Source of the DNA: Oopsacas minuta
Lineage: Eukaryota > Animalia > Porifera
DNA: 64,000 nucleotides
Reading direction: 5' to 3'
Assembly: GCA_024704765.1 (NCBI GenBank)
Contig: JAKMXF010000359.1
Location: 88,423-152,422 of the forward strand
Part shown: positions 53,306 through 64,000 of the stretch, piece after piece
How the letters are laid out: each line of letters opens with the position of its first letter
Position numbering within the stretch: position 1 is the stretch's first letter
Notes under the pieces: model-generated
What the model saw: the letters and a program-made list of their open reading frames with translations, nothing else
Database searches by the model: none
What the model was told of the DNA's origin: nothing
Program-made: the position numbers and the translations under genes

Positions 53306-54683
53306 CAGTCTGTTTCAAAAGTATTGGCAGTAGTTCATATTTCATATTTCCTAAGCCTATTCAATTGTGTGATTGTATTATCTATTGATCTTTTCGATAT
53401 TGCATACTTAGATAGTCATCATGAAATTTATCATTAATCATGATGGACTTTCTTAATGTTTACTTCGATTCAGATATTTGAAACGGGGAATTTTGAGGCA
53501 TAAAATTTCCCACCGCCACAACTGCCAATTTGATCTCACTTAATAAAACAAATTATATTTTAGCCCTATTTGTAGCTAAATGTCGCAATTAGAACAGAGG
53601 AAGAAAATCAAAATATTTATTGATGCAGGTATTACTTCAGCGAAGGAAATCTCTGCTAAAACAGGGATACCATTGAGGACAATTTTTTGTATAAAATCTA
53701 TACTTCGTGAAGGCAAAAGCATAACATATAAAAGTGTTAGTGGGCGTCCCAAGGCTATCACATATTCACACAAACAATCAATTATACGAACGTTAAATTC
53801 TCATTCTAAGATCTCTATACGTTCTGTACACGCGAATCTCTCTTAGAAGTACGCCGATGCTCCGTCAACTTCAACAGTCTACCAGGCAACTCGTGCTTGT
53901 GGATTTAACTTTAAACAACCTGTTATGGGACCACTCATTACCCCATTAATAGCTAAAAACAGAGTTGAATGGTGTAAAGATCATGTGAATTATTGTTGGG
54001 AGAATGTATTCTTCACAGACGAATGTTCTATTTGGTTAAATCGGGGAAGTGTTAGCATGTGGACTAAAGCAAAAGAAAATCCTATTCTGAAGGTTCAACA
54101 GCACACACCAAAATTACACGTTTGGGGAGGGATTTCTTCCATGGGAACCACAATATTGAAGATATTTACTTCTAATTTTGTCTCCAAATTGTTTATTGAT
54201 ACTCTGAATGAGTGTTTAAATCAGAACAGCTGATGTTTACTATCCTGAGGGATTGATTCTGCAGGAAGACAATTCCCCAATTCATAAATCTAAGCTCAGC
54301 AAAGGGTGGAAAGACAGTGAAAATATTCTAGTATTGGATTGGCCTGCCTATTCTCCGGACTTAAATCCAATTGAGAACATCTGTGGAGTCCTAAAGCAGA
54401 TGTTGTCAAAGAGATCTCTCAATAACTTGGCTGATTTAGAAGTAGCTATAATTTACGAATGGGAGACTTTTACCCCCGATTTCCTGAAAAATTTTATATT
54501 ATCTATGCCTAACCGTGTAAATATGTGCATAAATTCGGGAGGGGAGAAGATTAATTACTGAAATTTTGTTTACAGATTTATCTTACCCATAGAATTTCGT
54601 AGTATCATTATCTATTTGCTATTTGTTCCAATTTCTGAAATATTAACATTATAATTTACTGCCAATACTTTTGAAACAGACTG
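53306..54683 (+). mobile_element. Tc1 (DD34E) element nested in T2
   Basis: 27-bp perfect TIR cagtctgtttcaaaagtattggcagta and TA TSD. Motifs VFFTDECSI and QEDNSPIH..WPAYSPDLNPIEN (34-residue spacing). One stop and one frameshift. Confidence 0.95.
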
Positions 54684-55167
54684 TAGCTCCCACGTCTATT
54701 CCAATGAAAGCATAATTGAAATGTGAAAGATTGATTTATGGTTTCGATTTTTGGTCATGATGTAATTATGAATAATTTAGATTCTCCACGTCAAATAACT
54801 GCTATTTATAGTATACCAATCGAAAGCTCTTATGTTGCTGAATGATTAATTACGTTAATCTTGGCTCCAATGAACAGATAGAATTTACTATTGTCATTTT
54901 AAACAAGCTTGTTTGTACAAGTGCAATAAATAGAAACACGTTTCATTAAAACTCTAGTACTCTTTTGCCTTCACTTGCGGAACTTTCCATTACACTTTCC
55001 TAATAGCTCTTTTCATCCTCTACAAAATACACCTTAAATTACGGTGTCAGCAAGTGTCAACGATATTTTTTTGCGATTTTAAATGTAATCCATTCACAAT
55101 TATCTAATTTTTGGCCCATATAAATCATGAATAATTGTTGGGGTTATTTATTAGCACATTTTTTATT

Positions 55168-57323
55168 ATGAATAACGAAGATGCATACACTTTCTTAACT
55201 GCACAAAAGACCAAAACAATCATTTCTCTCGCGTCCTTGTTTATTGTCCTCAATAATTTGGAAGAGACAGAGTACGATACAGTTCGAAGAAAATTTTCGA
55301 CCCTCAGAGAAGATAGGAGAAAAAACTTGAAACGAGCCGATATAACTACTTGGAATGCGATACCTTTTCACACACCACTTAAACACGGAGATTGAGTACA
55401 GGTTATCAATGCTCAGATGAAGTCATGGTGATTGGGAGTGTTTTTTCTAGCCAATCAACCTCTGTTTTCGAAGAAGGCTTTAGTAAGCCCACTCGTAAGC
55501 TCTGAGGGAATTATCACTAAAGTCCTCTTTACTAGCACAACTTGAAAAAGTTGCTGTACAAGAGAATGTTTCCGGTAAAGAACTATCCTGTTACCTAATG
55601 ATGCTATGTTCACAGACTGAATACGACTTTACTACTACCAAGTTCTTGTAAAGAAATTATTGCTAAGGGAAGCTTCAGTCCAGTCTGCAATAAACTAACC
55701 TGCGATAAAGCTGCGTTCTTGATGAATTCTTTAGAAATTGGAAAGAAGAAATACATCGATTTAAGACGATTATTGCTTTCAGATGTCCAGCTTCCAGGTT
55801 ACAATCGATTAGCTACCTATCGATCTCAAATTTGCTTGACTAATGACATCTTTTCAGTTGATAGAGAACATCAGGTAGGCATTGCCGTATCTTACAAAAA
55901 GCTTCTGACTCATACAGTAAACAGAATTTTGACTGCTTCTGCCAATGAAATTCCAAGCGCCAGCAATCCTAAAAAGATACGAATTTCAGATGGACTTGAG
56001 GGTTCTGGCTCTCACCCAGTTTATCAGCAGGCGACTCACTCCAATATATCAACAAAAAGTTTAATTTTATTCGGGTTTAAGGTGATTTCCATATCCGACA
56101 TCGATAACAAACTGATTTGGAAAAACCCTCTACCAAATTCTCCTTTCTCAATTTGACCCGTTGCGATACTAGCTCTACAGGAGAACGAAGACAGTATTCG
56201 ATATCTTATGGATACACTAATCAATAAGGAGTCCACAGAGATAACGGAAAGGGTTTAGAACCAACAAGCGGATTTTGTAAAGTTGAAATTCAACGTTCAC
56301 AATTGGATGGCAAAATGGCTAAGATTATTAGTGGAGCTGGGGGTGCATGTTGCCAGTTCTGTACAGCGACATTCAAACAAATCCATGATCCGGATATCGT
56401 AAATGACGGTTTTCCAATTAATCAATCCATCACAGACCTCAAAGTGTTATTAGATGAAGTTAACGAAGAGGAGTTTCTATCATTATCTTCTGACAACAGA
56501 TTCAACATTACACACAGACCAATATCTGACTTAGAAATCATACCCAGTCCGCCTTTGCACGCATATCTCCGATGTTTTGGCTTGTTTTTACATCTAATTA
56601 GCCATTTGCACGCAGGAGTATTAAGTGGTCACCAACTTCTAAGAGAGTCTCAGATGCTAAAACTTTCGTTACAAGTTTAATTAAAGACAGTCTCAATATT
56701 ATCATTGACATCCCTTCAACACAAGGTGGCAAAACGACTACTGGTAATGTAGTAAGACGATGCTTGATAAGAAAGGATGACAACGATCAAGATTTCCTCT
56801 ACTGGGTTTTGACAGCGATCTCGTCTGAGTTCAAGTCCCACATAATTGAAATTCACACATGCCTAGGAGCAATCCTACGCGTCTATAATAGCAGCAGGAG
56901 AGTGGATACAGAAGAACTAGAGCTTGTTCACAGTAATATCTGCCAGTCAATTCTCTGTGCATTTCCCTGAGCTGATGTTTCCCCGACGTTACACAAACTG
57001 TTAGCACATGCACTGAAAATCATCACAACGGTTAATGATGGATATGGGCTAGAGAACTTATCTGAAGAAGGGCTAGAGGCTTCTAACAAATATATTCGGA
57101 GATACAGAGATCGTTTTGCTCGCGAGTTTCCTTTGAAGAAAATTTAAAGGATGTATTTGTTCGATTAGGTTCTCACTGTGATCCCATGCTGTTAATGAAT
57201 CGCAAGTTTTCTATTCCAAAGCCTCCATCTAGCCAAGGACTTAGAAGTAGCCAAGACATTTTAGTGAACACCCTTATTCGTGATCATGAAAATCATAATG
57301 ATGATTGGAAGCAAACCTCCTAA
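55168..57323 (+). pseudogene. RAG1-like/Transib transposase of T2
   Basis: Motifs LGKK-like EIGKKKYIDLR, ISDGLEGSGSH, LDGKMAKIISGAGGACCQFC, PPLHAYLRCF, TTGNVVRR, PTLHKLLAH and SEEGLEASNKYIRRYR parallel the RAG1 core DDE and Zn-binding motifs. Stops and frameshifts are present. Confidence 0.9.
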
Positions 57324-58429
57324 TCGATTAATAGAAAATTTGGAGAAATTTCACACCTCAGATAGGTGACAATGACGTCATAACTTTGTCACCTGAAGGG
57401 ATAGAGAAAAATGAATATACTATTCGATTCGTTTGGGTCGAAAACCTATATAACAATACCACATTTTGAGGACCTATGTGCCATCAAAATGGCTATTTCC
57501 ACATTCGGGCCATTTCGTGCCACTGTGCATTGAGAGCCAATTGTGAGATTGGTTTTCCAACCTCACTAGATAAGTGAGCCTCAAAAGCAAGCTTTTCAAA
57601 AGCAAGCTTTTCAAAAGACAGTCTTTTCTTGGGAGGAAGTTCAATGACACAAGAGTGAAAAGAAATCTTCCCCCAAGTAGGTATATCTCCTCATTCCTAA
57701 ATCTAGCTCTACCTTCTCTGAGGTCATCAAATTTCGTCAGGATTACCCGATATTCATTTTTAGAAATTGAAAATACCAGAATAAAATCATTAAAAGCCTC
57801 TCTTAATGATGATTATGGGCACAGAAACTCAAGGGCATCCTTATTCTTCATACAAGCTTTCTATTGTCAATAAATATGTGAAACAATAATTTGACTGTTT
57901 TCCTTTTGAAAATATGCACCAAAGTCAGGATCACCAAAAACGAAATTTACATTTGGGCACATTCTGGCGTTGCACAAAACCCGATTTCTTTCAACTAATA
58001 TTCTATATTTTTGGATTCAAGTGTGTTTTACTGGTAATATCGGTAACTATAAGTTTCATGTATAGAAAGGCGTGGCCCCAACATGTCCGAAATGTATTTT
58101 CCTCCAGCCCATAAATTCTGCATTGTAGGCATCTGGTTAAATAGAACTATATGTTTAGAAGCGAAATACCATCACGTTGTGGAAATTTCAATTTCTAGGT
58201 TTCAATGTATCAAAATTGAATGAAATTAATAACTGAGCAATCAGAAGGATACCCAATGTGTCCTATTTCCCCTCATTTTTCCACTTTGCTAGATTTGCAC
58301 AATAATACATACTCAATTAATTTATTCATCAAAATTCATCAAAATTCTTCAAAAAATTATACTTCAGCATCTACTTGGGGCATTCCAAAAGTTTCCATCC
58401 TTAGTTTATAGCAGCCAAACTTTACTCGA

Positions 58430-59130
58430 TTACATGTCACGCATAGTATTTCCTAAAAATCCTATCGATTACCTATTTAAGGCTGTTAAGCAATCCATTC
58501 TAGATATTATATATCTTGATCTATCCTACTTTCGATTTCACCTATTTTCGAGGGTCAACTTTTTCATGGCTTCAAAAGACTTCAAGCAAAACCGAACAAT
58601 GAGCTTAGATAAAAGTTCGTACCGTACTCGGCGACAAACTATTCCAGATACATGAGGATCTCATCACCGTTTATCATGGAGAAGCTCTACGTATCTCATT
58701 GTAAAGGAATGGGCGCGTAAATTTATGGCTGGTAGGCAGCATTAAAGATGATACTCGGACCGGAAGGCTAATTACTGCTTCCATCCCTGAAATTGCCTCT
58801 GAAATTCTGGAACATTTTGTTATTAACCCCCGCTCGAGGAATTAAAATTCTCCACTACAATGCCAGACCTCATGTTTCAAAATAGGTTTGGGAATTCATT
58901 AAGGATATTGGGTTTGCAACGATGTAACATCCTCCCCCCATATCTATCACCTTGTGATTTCTGGCTATTTTCTTGGCTGAAACACATCTCGGAGGATACT
59001 ACTTCATATCAGACAAGAGCTAGGAAACGGAATTACCACTACTAAAATTCGGTGGAAAGAGACGAGTATAAAAAGTATTTTCAAAGTGGGTTGAAAGGCC
59101 ACATTTATGAATAGATGCAGAAGACGAGCA
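58430..59130 (+). mobile_element. Decayed mariner remnant
   Basis: Fragments such as KDDTRTGRL and PPYLSPCDFWLFSWLK. Confidence 0.6.
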
Positions 59131-59489
59131 TTTTGAACATTTTATGTAGAAATTTGATTAGTCAATTGTTGTATTGTCAAGATATTATGCAAAGATTGGA
59201 ACCTTTCAAATGCCCTAAGTATACCAAGTCTCATCCTCCAAATCCACCATTAAAGTCTAAAGTGCCAAGTGTAAGCACACGCCACCATCGAGACCACTAA
59301 AACTCACTAAATCTGTTTTATGCCTTAGGAAATACCAAAAGTCCAAGGAACAAGATCTGGCCAGGGCTCGGATTGGTCAAGCCATGGCCTACATCGAGGG
59401 AATTCAATAAGTATTGAGGCTTGTTACTGTTTGTTAATTCCAGACTATTACATAATTCGGATAACTTGAGGCTCTTATACTTTGGGGGA

Positions 59490-60165
59490 ATTTTTCTAGC
59501 GTTATCTTGTATATGTAGTTTGCTTAAGCATTATTTCAGCGCAACGAATTAACTGATAAATATATCCTCAATAGATTTATAGAGACGTGATATTCTTGCC
59601 ATCTTACCAAATCAATTCCCAAATTTAAATCTAAGCAAGTAATCCCAAGAAGTCCGCATCTCATATGTGCGAACTATGTAAGGGCAAAATTGATTGAGTG
59701 GCCATCACATACCTAAGACACACAGTATTATTTGGAAACGAAGCATGGGAGTTCCTACATGATTCTGCATCTGCACATGCTTCAAATACTACACAAGCCT
59801 GGTGGCACAGTGAATATAACATTGATTATATTTCAAAAGAAGAATTACTGCCCTCCAGATCTACTTCCTAGGGATTATTCGGTTTGGGGGAACGTGAAGC
59901 TAAAGCAAGAATTGTGATGAAAATAGGTGAGCCTTGGCAGGAATGGGGTAAAATGTCACAAATTGAGATTCGTGATTCTATTGCACAGCTTAGATCTCTC
60001 CTTAAGGCTGTAGTAAAGAATAAGGGGAGATAGTAAATGAATTATGTTCTCATTGGAATGAATCTAATTAAGTTCTTATGTTATGTTATTCGCAGTTGAG
60101 TGAATCAATATAACATGAGTTATTACTAAAACGAGATGTAACATAGTAACATAATTGATCCCCTG
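59490..60165 (+). mobile_element. Decayed maT-like Tc1/mariner remnant with 3' TIR
   Basis: HDSASAHAS..AWW and PPDLLPRDYSVWG motifs; ends cataattgatcccctg|ta. Confidence 0.5.
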
Positions 60166-61011
60166 TATACTCTCATGGTGACAAAGATATATTAAATTGA
60201 AGAACTGTTCACCTAGCAGGAAGGAGAAGTGTTTATCCAACCTTCATTACCACTATCAAGATCAGTTAGGAAGTTAACAGAATATTGTGGGAAAATGTGT
60301 CATTTTATAACTTCCCAAAGGTGCTGAAATTGTTCCCTGTTTTTGAAAATTTATTCTATCAATATGCACAGTATCAGTGACAAACATCAAATAATTTCTA
60401 AGACAATGAAAATGAAACTTTTCAAATTTCCGGCCAAATTCAGCACCTCAGAAGTCCTATTAGGCCCTTTAATGGGAAACATCGGCCTTTGGGCGATTTC
60501 ATTTGAAATTCTTCTGAAAAACATATTCTCTGCTAGTATCTTTCTAGACTGACCTTTTACGAATAAGGACATCTTGTTCAGTATAGGTTTGGATTATAGT
60601 TAGAATCTAAATTACTTTTTCTAAATAAGAACAAAAGGGTGCTATAAACTACCCCGATCATTGAGCCGTGGTTGTGTATATTGGAGTCCGAATGATTCAT
60701 CTGGTAAAATATCTTTGTCAAGAATTTAAGATTTTGAAATAATTGATAGAGTGAAGAACGCTTCACTTATTGGTACACAAGATACCTAGCAATCAAACCT
60801 AGTGACTGGAGGATTTGATATGGAACTCAATCGCAGATGGACCTTCGGTATGTATAATAAATATATGAGAAAGACTGAATGAATTCGTAGATTGAAAAAG
60901 ATGTAATCGATTTGAGATCTTAAAACGAATTTCAGCTTTTAGAATTTAAATGTATGAATCATGGAAATTTTATAGACATCATTCAATAAGGTCCCAAATG
61001 GTGCTCTCTTG

Positions 61012-61500
61012 CAGGGTGTCCAACCCGTGGCCCGCGTATGTCTTTGGTGCGCCCGCCAACTAATTTTGTCATTTTGCTGTACTGGGATGCTCCATCAACG
61101 CGAATTTTGAATGCTTAAAAAAAAGTTGGTTTTCTTGTTTATTGTTATTAGTAAAGTCTGATGGCGAATACCTAATTTATCTATTCTTATGCTTAGTTGT
61201 GTTTGTTTGGATTCCATTGAATCAGACTGTCAAATTACAACTGTTTCACGAATACTTTTCAAATTGATATAGTATTATAATACAGGTCTAAGATACTTTC
61301 TCCATGGCATTCACTTCTAACAAGAAAAAAGAGTAGAAGATGAATTGATAGTTTTTCAAACTAGATAGACTGAAAGTTTTTCCTAATTGAATTTAACAAC
61401 ACACTTATTTGTCTCTTAATAAAATTATATCGGTTATTAAGGAATATAATGCTAATCGCTATTATTAACTAGGATATGCTTAGTTGAATTCTGGACTAGT
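61012..61500 (+). mobile_element. 5' fragment of a hAT (Charlie/GTF2IRD2-like) element
   Basis: Starts caggggtgtccaac-like (cagggtgtccaacccgtggcccgcg). Decayed codons at about 61305-61420 resemble the KKRxEDExxxFQ..FxIEFNNxxICL N-terminus. Confidence 0.45.
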
Positions 61501-62900
61501 TGATAGTATGATATGCTAGCTCCTAAGGAAATCCTAACGCATCAAGGATAATCTTTTTTATCATTTGCAAGTAAATATCAGAGCTAAACTTGGCAGTGTT
61601 TTATATGCAGGTAATATTTATTGCTCGGAAAGACATTATGGGGCGAAAATCTGTATATTTTCTCTTTCCTATTTCCATGAGATCTAAGATATAGGCTGCT
61701 TTAGTCAATAGAAATTCCCTTCTTGAATTTGAAAATGTTCCTTTCGTGACTATTTTCTTTGAATACCATTTGAAGTATCACGATCCAACATCCATTAGAT
61801 ACTAACTGCTGCAAATAAGGGGTGATTTTTTTGCCATCAACATTCTCTTGATCTTAAACAAATTGGAGGTGGCCAATCATTTGTACAACCGTTTTCTGAC
61901 AGCCAGGAGCGTAAGCTGATCTAGTGGTTTCCTGGTTTTATATGTTTCACCGACAAATCTATTTGTTTGTATTAGTATCCAGGGTAATTTACTCCTCTTT
62001 GGGTACTGGATTGTAAAACAGGACACTCTCCTATGTGACAAGGCGCTTTATTCTTCACGAAGCTATTTCGAAAATTCTTCAGGTTAGTAAATTTTCTGCA
62101 CAATACTCTCACATCATTTTCAGAAGCTTCAACGATTGGCACTATTGAACGAGCTACCTGTCTAATGTTACCATCTTCTTTGTTATTCATCTGACAATGG
62201 TTTATACTTTTAACACGACGATGATAAATTTTGATTATTATCCTTGGTTGGGGTTTTTTTTAATCAATGGGAGATGAAATATTCCATTACATAGTAGAGT
62301 GGCTCTGTTCTAAATGGTTACTTAGTATATTATGATATGTTTGTATATGTTTTCGCTCTACTGTTCATACCTTTCGAGATTAAGACACCAAATTTGGAAT
62401 GTGTACTCATAGTGATATCAAGTTGTGCACCTGACAGTTGAATTTCCTAATTTGTATATTTTCACACCTTTTGACATCTCTTTATTTTAGCCCAATCTGA
62501 TAGTAGGGTTTTACAATTGGGCATGAATGCATAAAGTTGGTTCTAGTAGAGTGTATGTAATTTAATTGAGAGTATGATGAATTTATATTGACCATAGACT
62601 GCAATTCTATTGGTCAATACACAAAATTATATTTACATTTCTCCAGAGGGGGACTTTTATCTGAAGAATTATCTTCGTATTTTTCAATTGGTGTTATTGT
62701 CACGATCATTACGCTTGGCTACCCTAGATTAAGTGAAATTTGGAAGGTAGCATCTTATCTATCTGTTTCAACCATAAAATCATGCAATCTCGAGTGCACT
62801 TGAGAAATGTTTTGAACAATTTCAAAATAGTTAATTCTAATATATTCCATAATTAGTCCTTCATAATAATGATCTGTATAAAATTATTTTGTAGACAGTA

Positions 62901-64000
62901 CACAGTGTGGCAATATGGGGAAATAGGCATATTTTACAAAACATATTTAAATGCATTTTTCGAATTCTCCATAGTTCAATTAGTACGAAAATATCATTGG
63001 CAGCATTAGAAGCAGTTAGGAATCCTAACTACGCACAACTTTGTTATGTGTTTCTAATAATAGATATTTGTATTTTCAAACCGCAAATTCCTATGCCCTA
63101 ATGTATGTAATTATATTAGATGTAAATACTAAATATAAGAGTGAAGAACATCTTCTGATAATAAATCTATATTGTAACAACAATTTAATCATTGATAGGT
63201 TAGTCTAGATTTTCATTTGTACTTTTTTCTGGGTGTCTAGTTTGGCCCTCCCTAGGGTATAATTTGGAACTTTTTCTCATTGCTGAAGTGTAGCATCTCT
63301 TGTTTGACAAAATTTGACAAAACGTTATTAATATATGCGTAATGTTGCTATAGTTAGTCAACCATTTAATCACTTTCCAGGCTTGCTAAAACTGCCCAAA
63401 AATTTATCACGTCATTCATTGTCCGGACCGGACAGAATGCGAAAAATATATTTTTCATACTTTTAAAATTTTTTCAGTAAAATTCTATATTTTGCTGGTT
63501 ATTAGTTATTCCAATACTCTACAACCACATATCATAATGTTTCTGTGTTAAAGTAGCCCTTTTGCAGATCATGTGTGTCTAATCACGCACAATGACGCAA
63601 ATAGTTTGTATATTTCGAATGGAAGAAGTGTTACAGTCTCTGTTGGGAAACTTATTGAGAACAACCATTTATCTGATGAAGAAACTGCTACTATCCATTT
63701 CAAATTGAAATCACTTCTAACATCCAGAGAGGCTTACCGCAGGAAGGATCTTGAGACATGGGATAACATGAATTTCCACTCTACTCATCTAACAATATCC
63801 AATCCAAGAAAGAGAATATCGCTTGATCCTGAATTTTCTTCTTTAGTCACTGATTTTGAAAATCGAAACTTTTCAGAACAGATTGTAACTGAATTCCGGA
63901 AGCATATTCTCGAATGTCACATGAAGACTTCCAGATCGAGACTTGGTGTTCTTTTGGAGCATGTGGACTTTTTAGCAGAGAGAGAAAAGATTGAGCCTAA
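62901..64000 (+). mobile_element. Transib/RAG1-like transposon T3, 5' part; runs off the window end
   Basis: CACAGTG at 62901 followed after 11 bp by GGAAATAG. The downstream open frame is homologous to the N-termini of T1 and T2. Confidence 0.8.
63552..64000 (+). CDS. Stop-free frame encoding the N-terminal region of the T3 transposase (partial)
   Basis: ..ITHNDANSLYISNGRSVTVSVGKLIENNHLSDEETATIHFKLKSLLTSREAYRRKDLETWDNMNFHS.. aligns with T2 MNNEDAYTFL..LNNLEETEYDTVRRKF..RADITTWNAIPFH. The start codon is unclear; a possible acceptor is ttttgcag at 63567. Confidence 0.7.

Larger units (their letters stand above)
53173..57527 (+). mobile_element. Transib/RAG1-like transposon T2 (nested in T1; ~3.0 kb without the Tc1)
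   Basis: cacagtggcacga at both ends and a 5-bp TSD cattg (53168-53172 and 57528-57532). Confidence 0.95.
51442..57851 (-). pseudogene. RAG1-like/Transib transposase of T1, interrupted by T2
   Basis: N-terminus MKNKDALEFL (ATG ~57851). Core motifs RILDGLDVSG, FDEKMSGIFSGAGGANC, LLAHSTELI and GIESCNKWMRKY. Tail CKNCGELSHICKLNC. Many stops and frameshifts. Confidence 0.85.
51159..58288 (-). mobile_element. Transib/RAG1-like transposon T1 (outer; ~2.8 kb without the nested element)
   Basis: CACAGTG at 51159-51165, CACTTTG at 58282-58288, and a 5-bp TSD ctaga on both sides. The transposase remnant on the minus strand is continuous across the T2 insertion. Confidence 0.88.

Noticed and set aside
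57174-57180. Extra CACTGTG heptamer as a possible end of T1
   Set aside because: It lies within T2 coding sequence (..GSHCDP..) and has no matching TSD. The end at 58288 has both the ctaga TSD and the GGAAATAG box.
57587-57617. 15-bp tandem duplication (caaaagcaagctttt)x2
   Set aside because: A local slippage inside the dead T1 ORF, with no evidence of function.
51159-58288. A complete ProtoRAG (RAG1L plus RAG2L) transposon
   Set aside because: After removing nested elements, T1 is about 2.8 kb and T2 about 3.0 kb, mostly filled by the RAG1-like ORF. There is no room for, or sign of, a kelch/PHD gene.
60536-60620. Minus-strand TEQDVL with splice-like signals as a displaced G-alpha exon
   Set aside because: All three frames of the putative exon contain stops, and the true exon 4 was found at 43799-43927.

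Overview
AT-rich animal genomic DNA; the species cannot be determined from the sequence. The only clear host gene is a divergent Gq-class G-protein alpha subunit on the + strand. Three internal exons were found (18061-18245, 25205-25371, 43799-43927). Exon 1 and exons 5 onward were not found, so the whole window probably lies inside this one gene. Its introns are packed with DNA transposons: Tc1/mariner (DD34D, DD34E, DD37D, DD41D), hAT, Chapaev3 and Transib/RAG1-like. Main observations: (1) three RAG1-like Transib elements lie within about 13 kb, one nested inside another and itself carrying a Tc1. Their ends are the RSS heptamer CACAGTG, a spacer of variable sequence, and a GGAAATAG box. The spacer is 11 bp at all three 5' ends and 18-20 bp at both 3' ends, resembling 12/23 asymmetry. 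(2) Chapaev3 elements show the same short-5'/long-3' asymmetry. (3) Two intronic segments (10188-13777 and 19921-21039) appear inverted between head-to-head transposon pairs, shown by swapped TSDs and split host repeats; mis-assembly is the alternative explanation. No rRNA, tRNA or CRISPR array was recognised. All alignments were done by eye.
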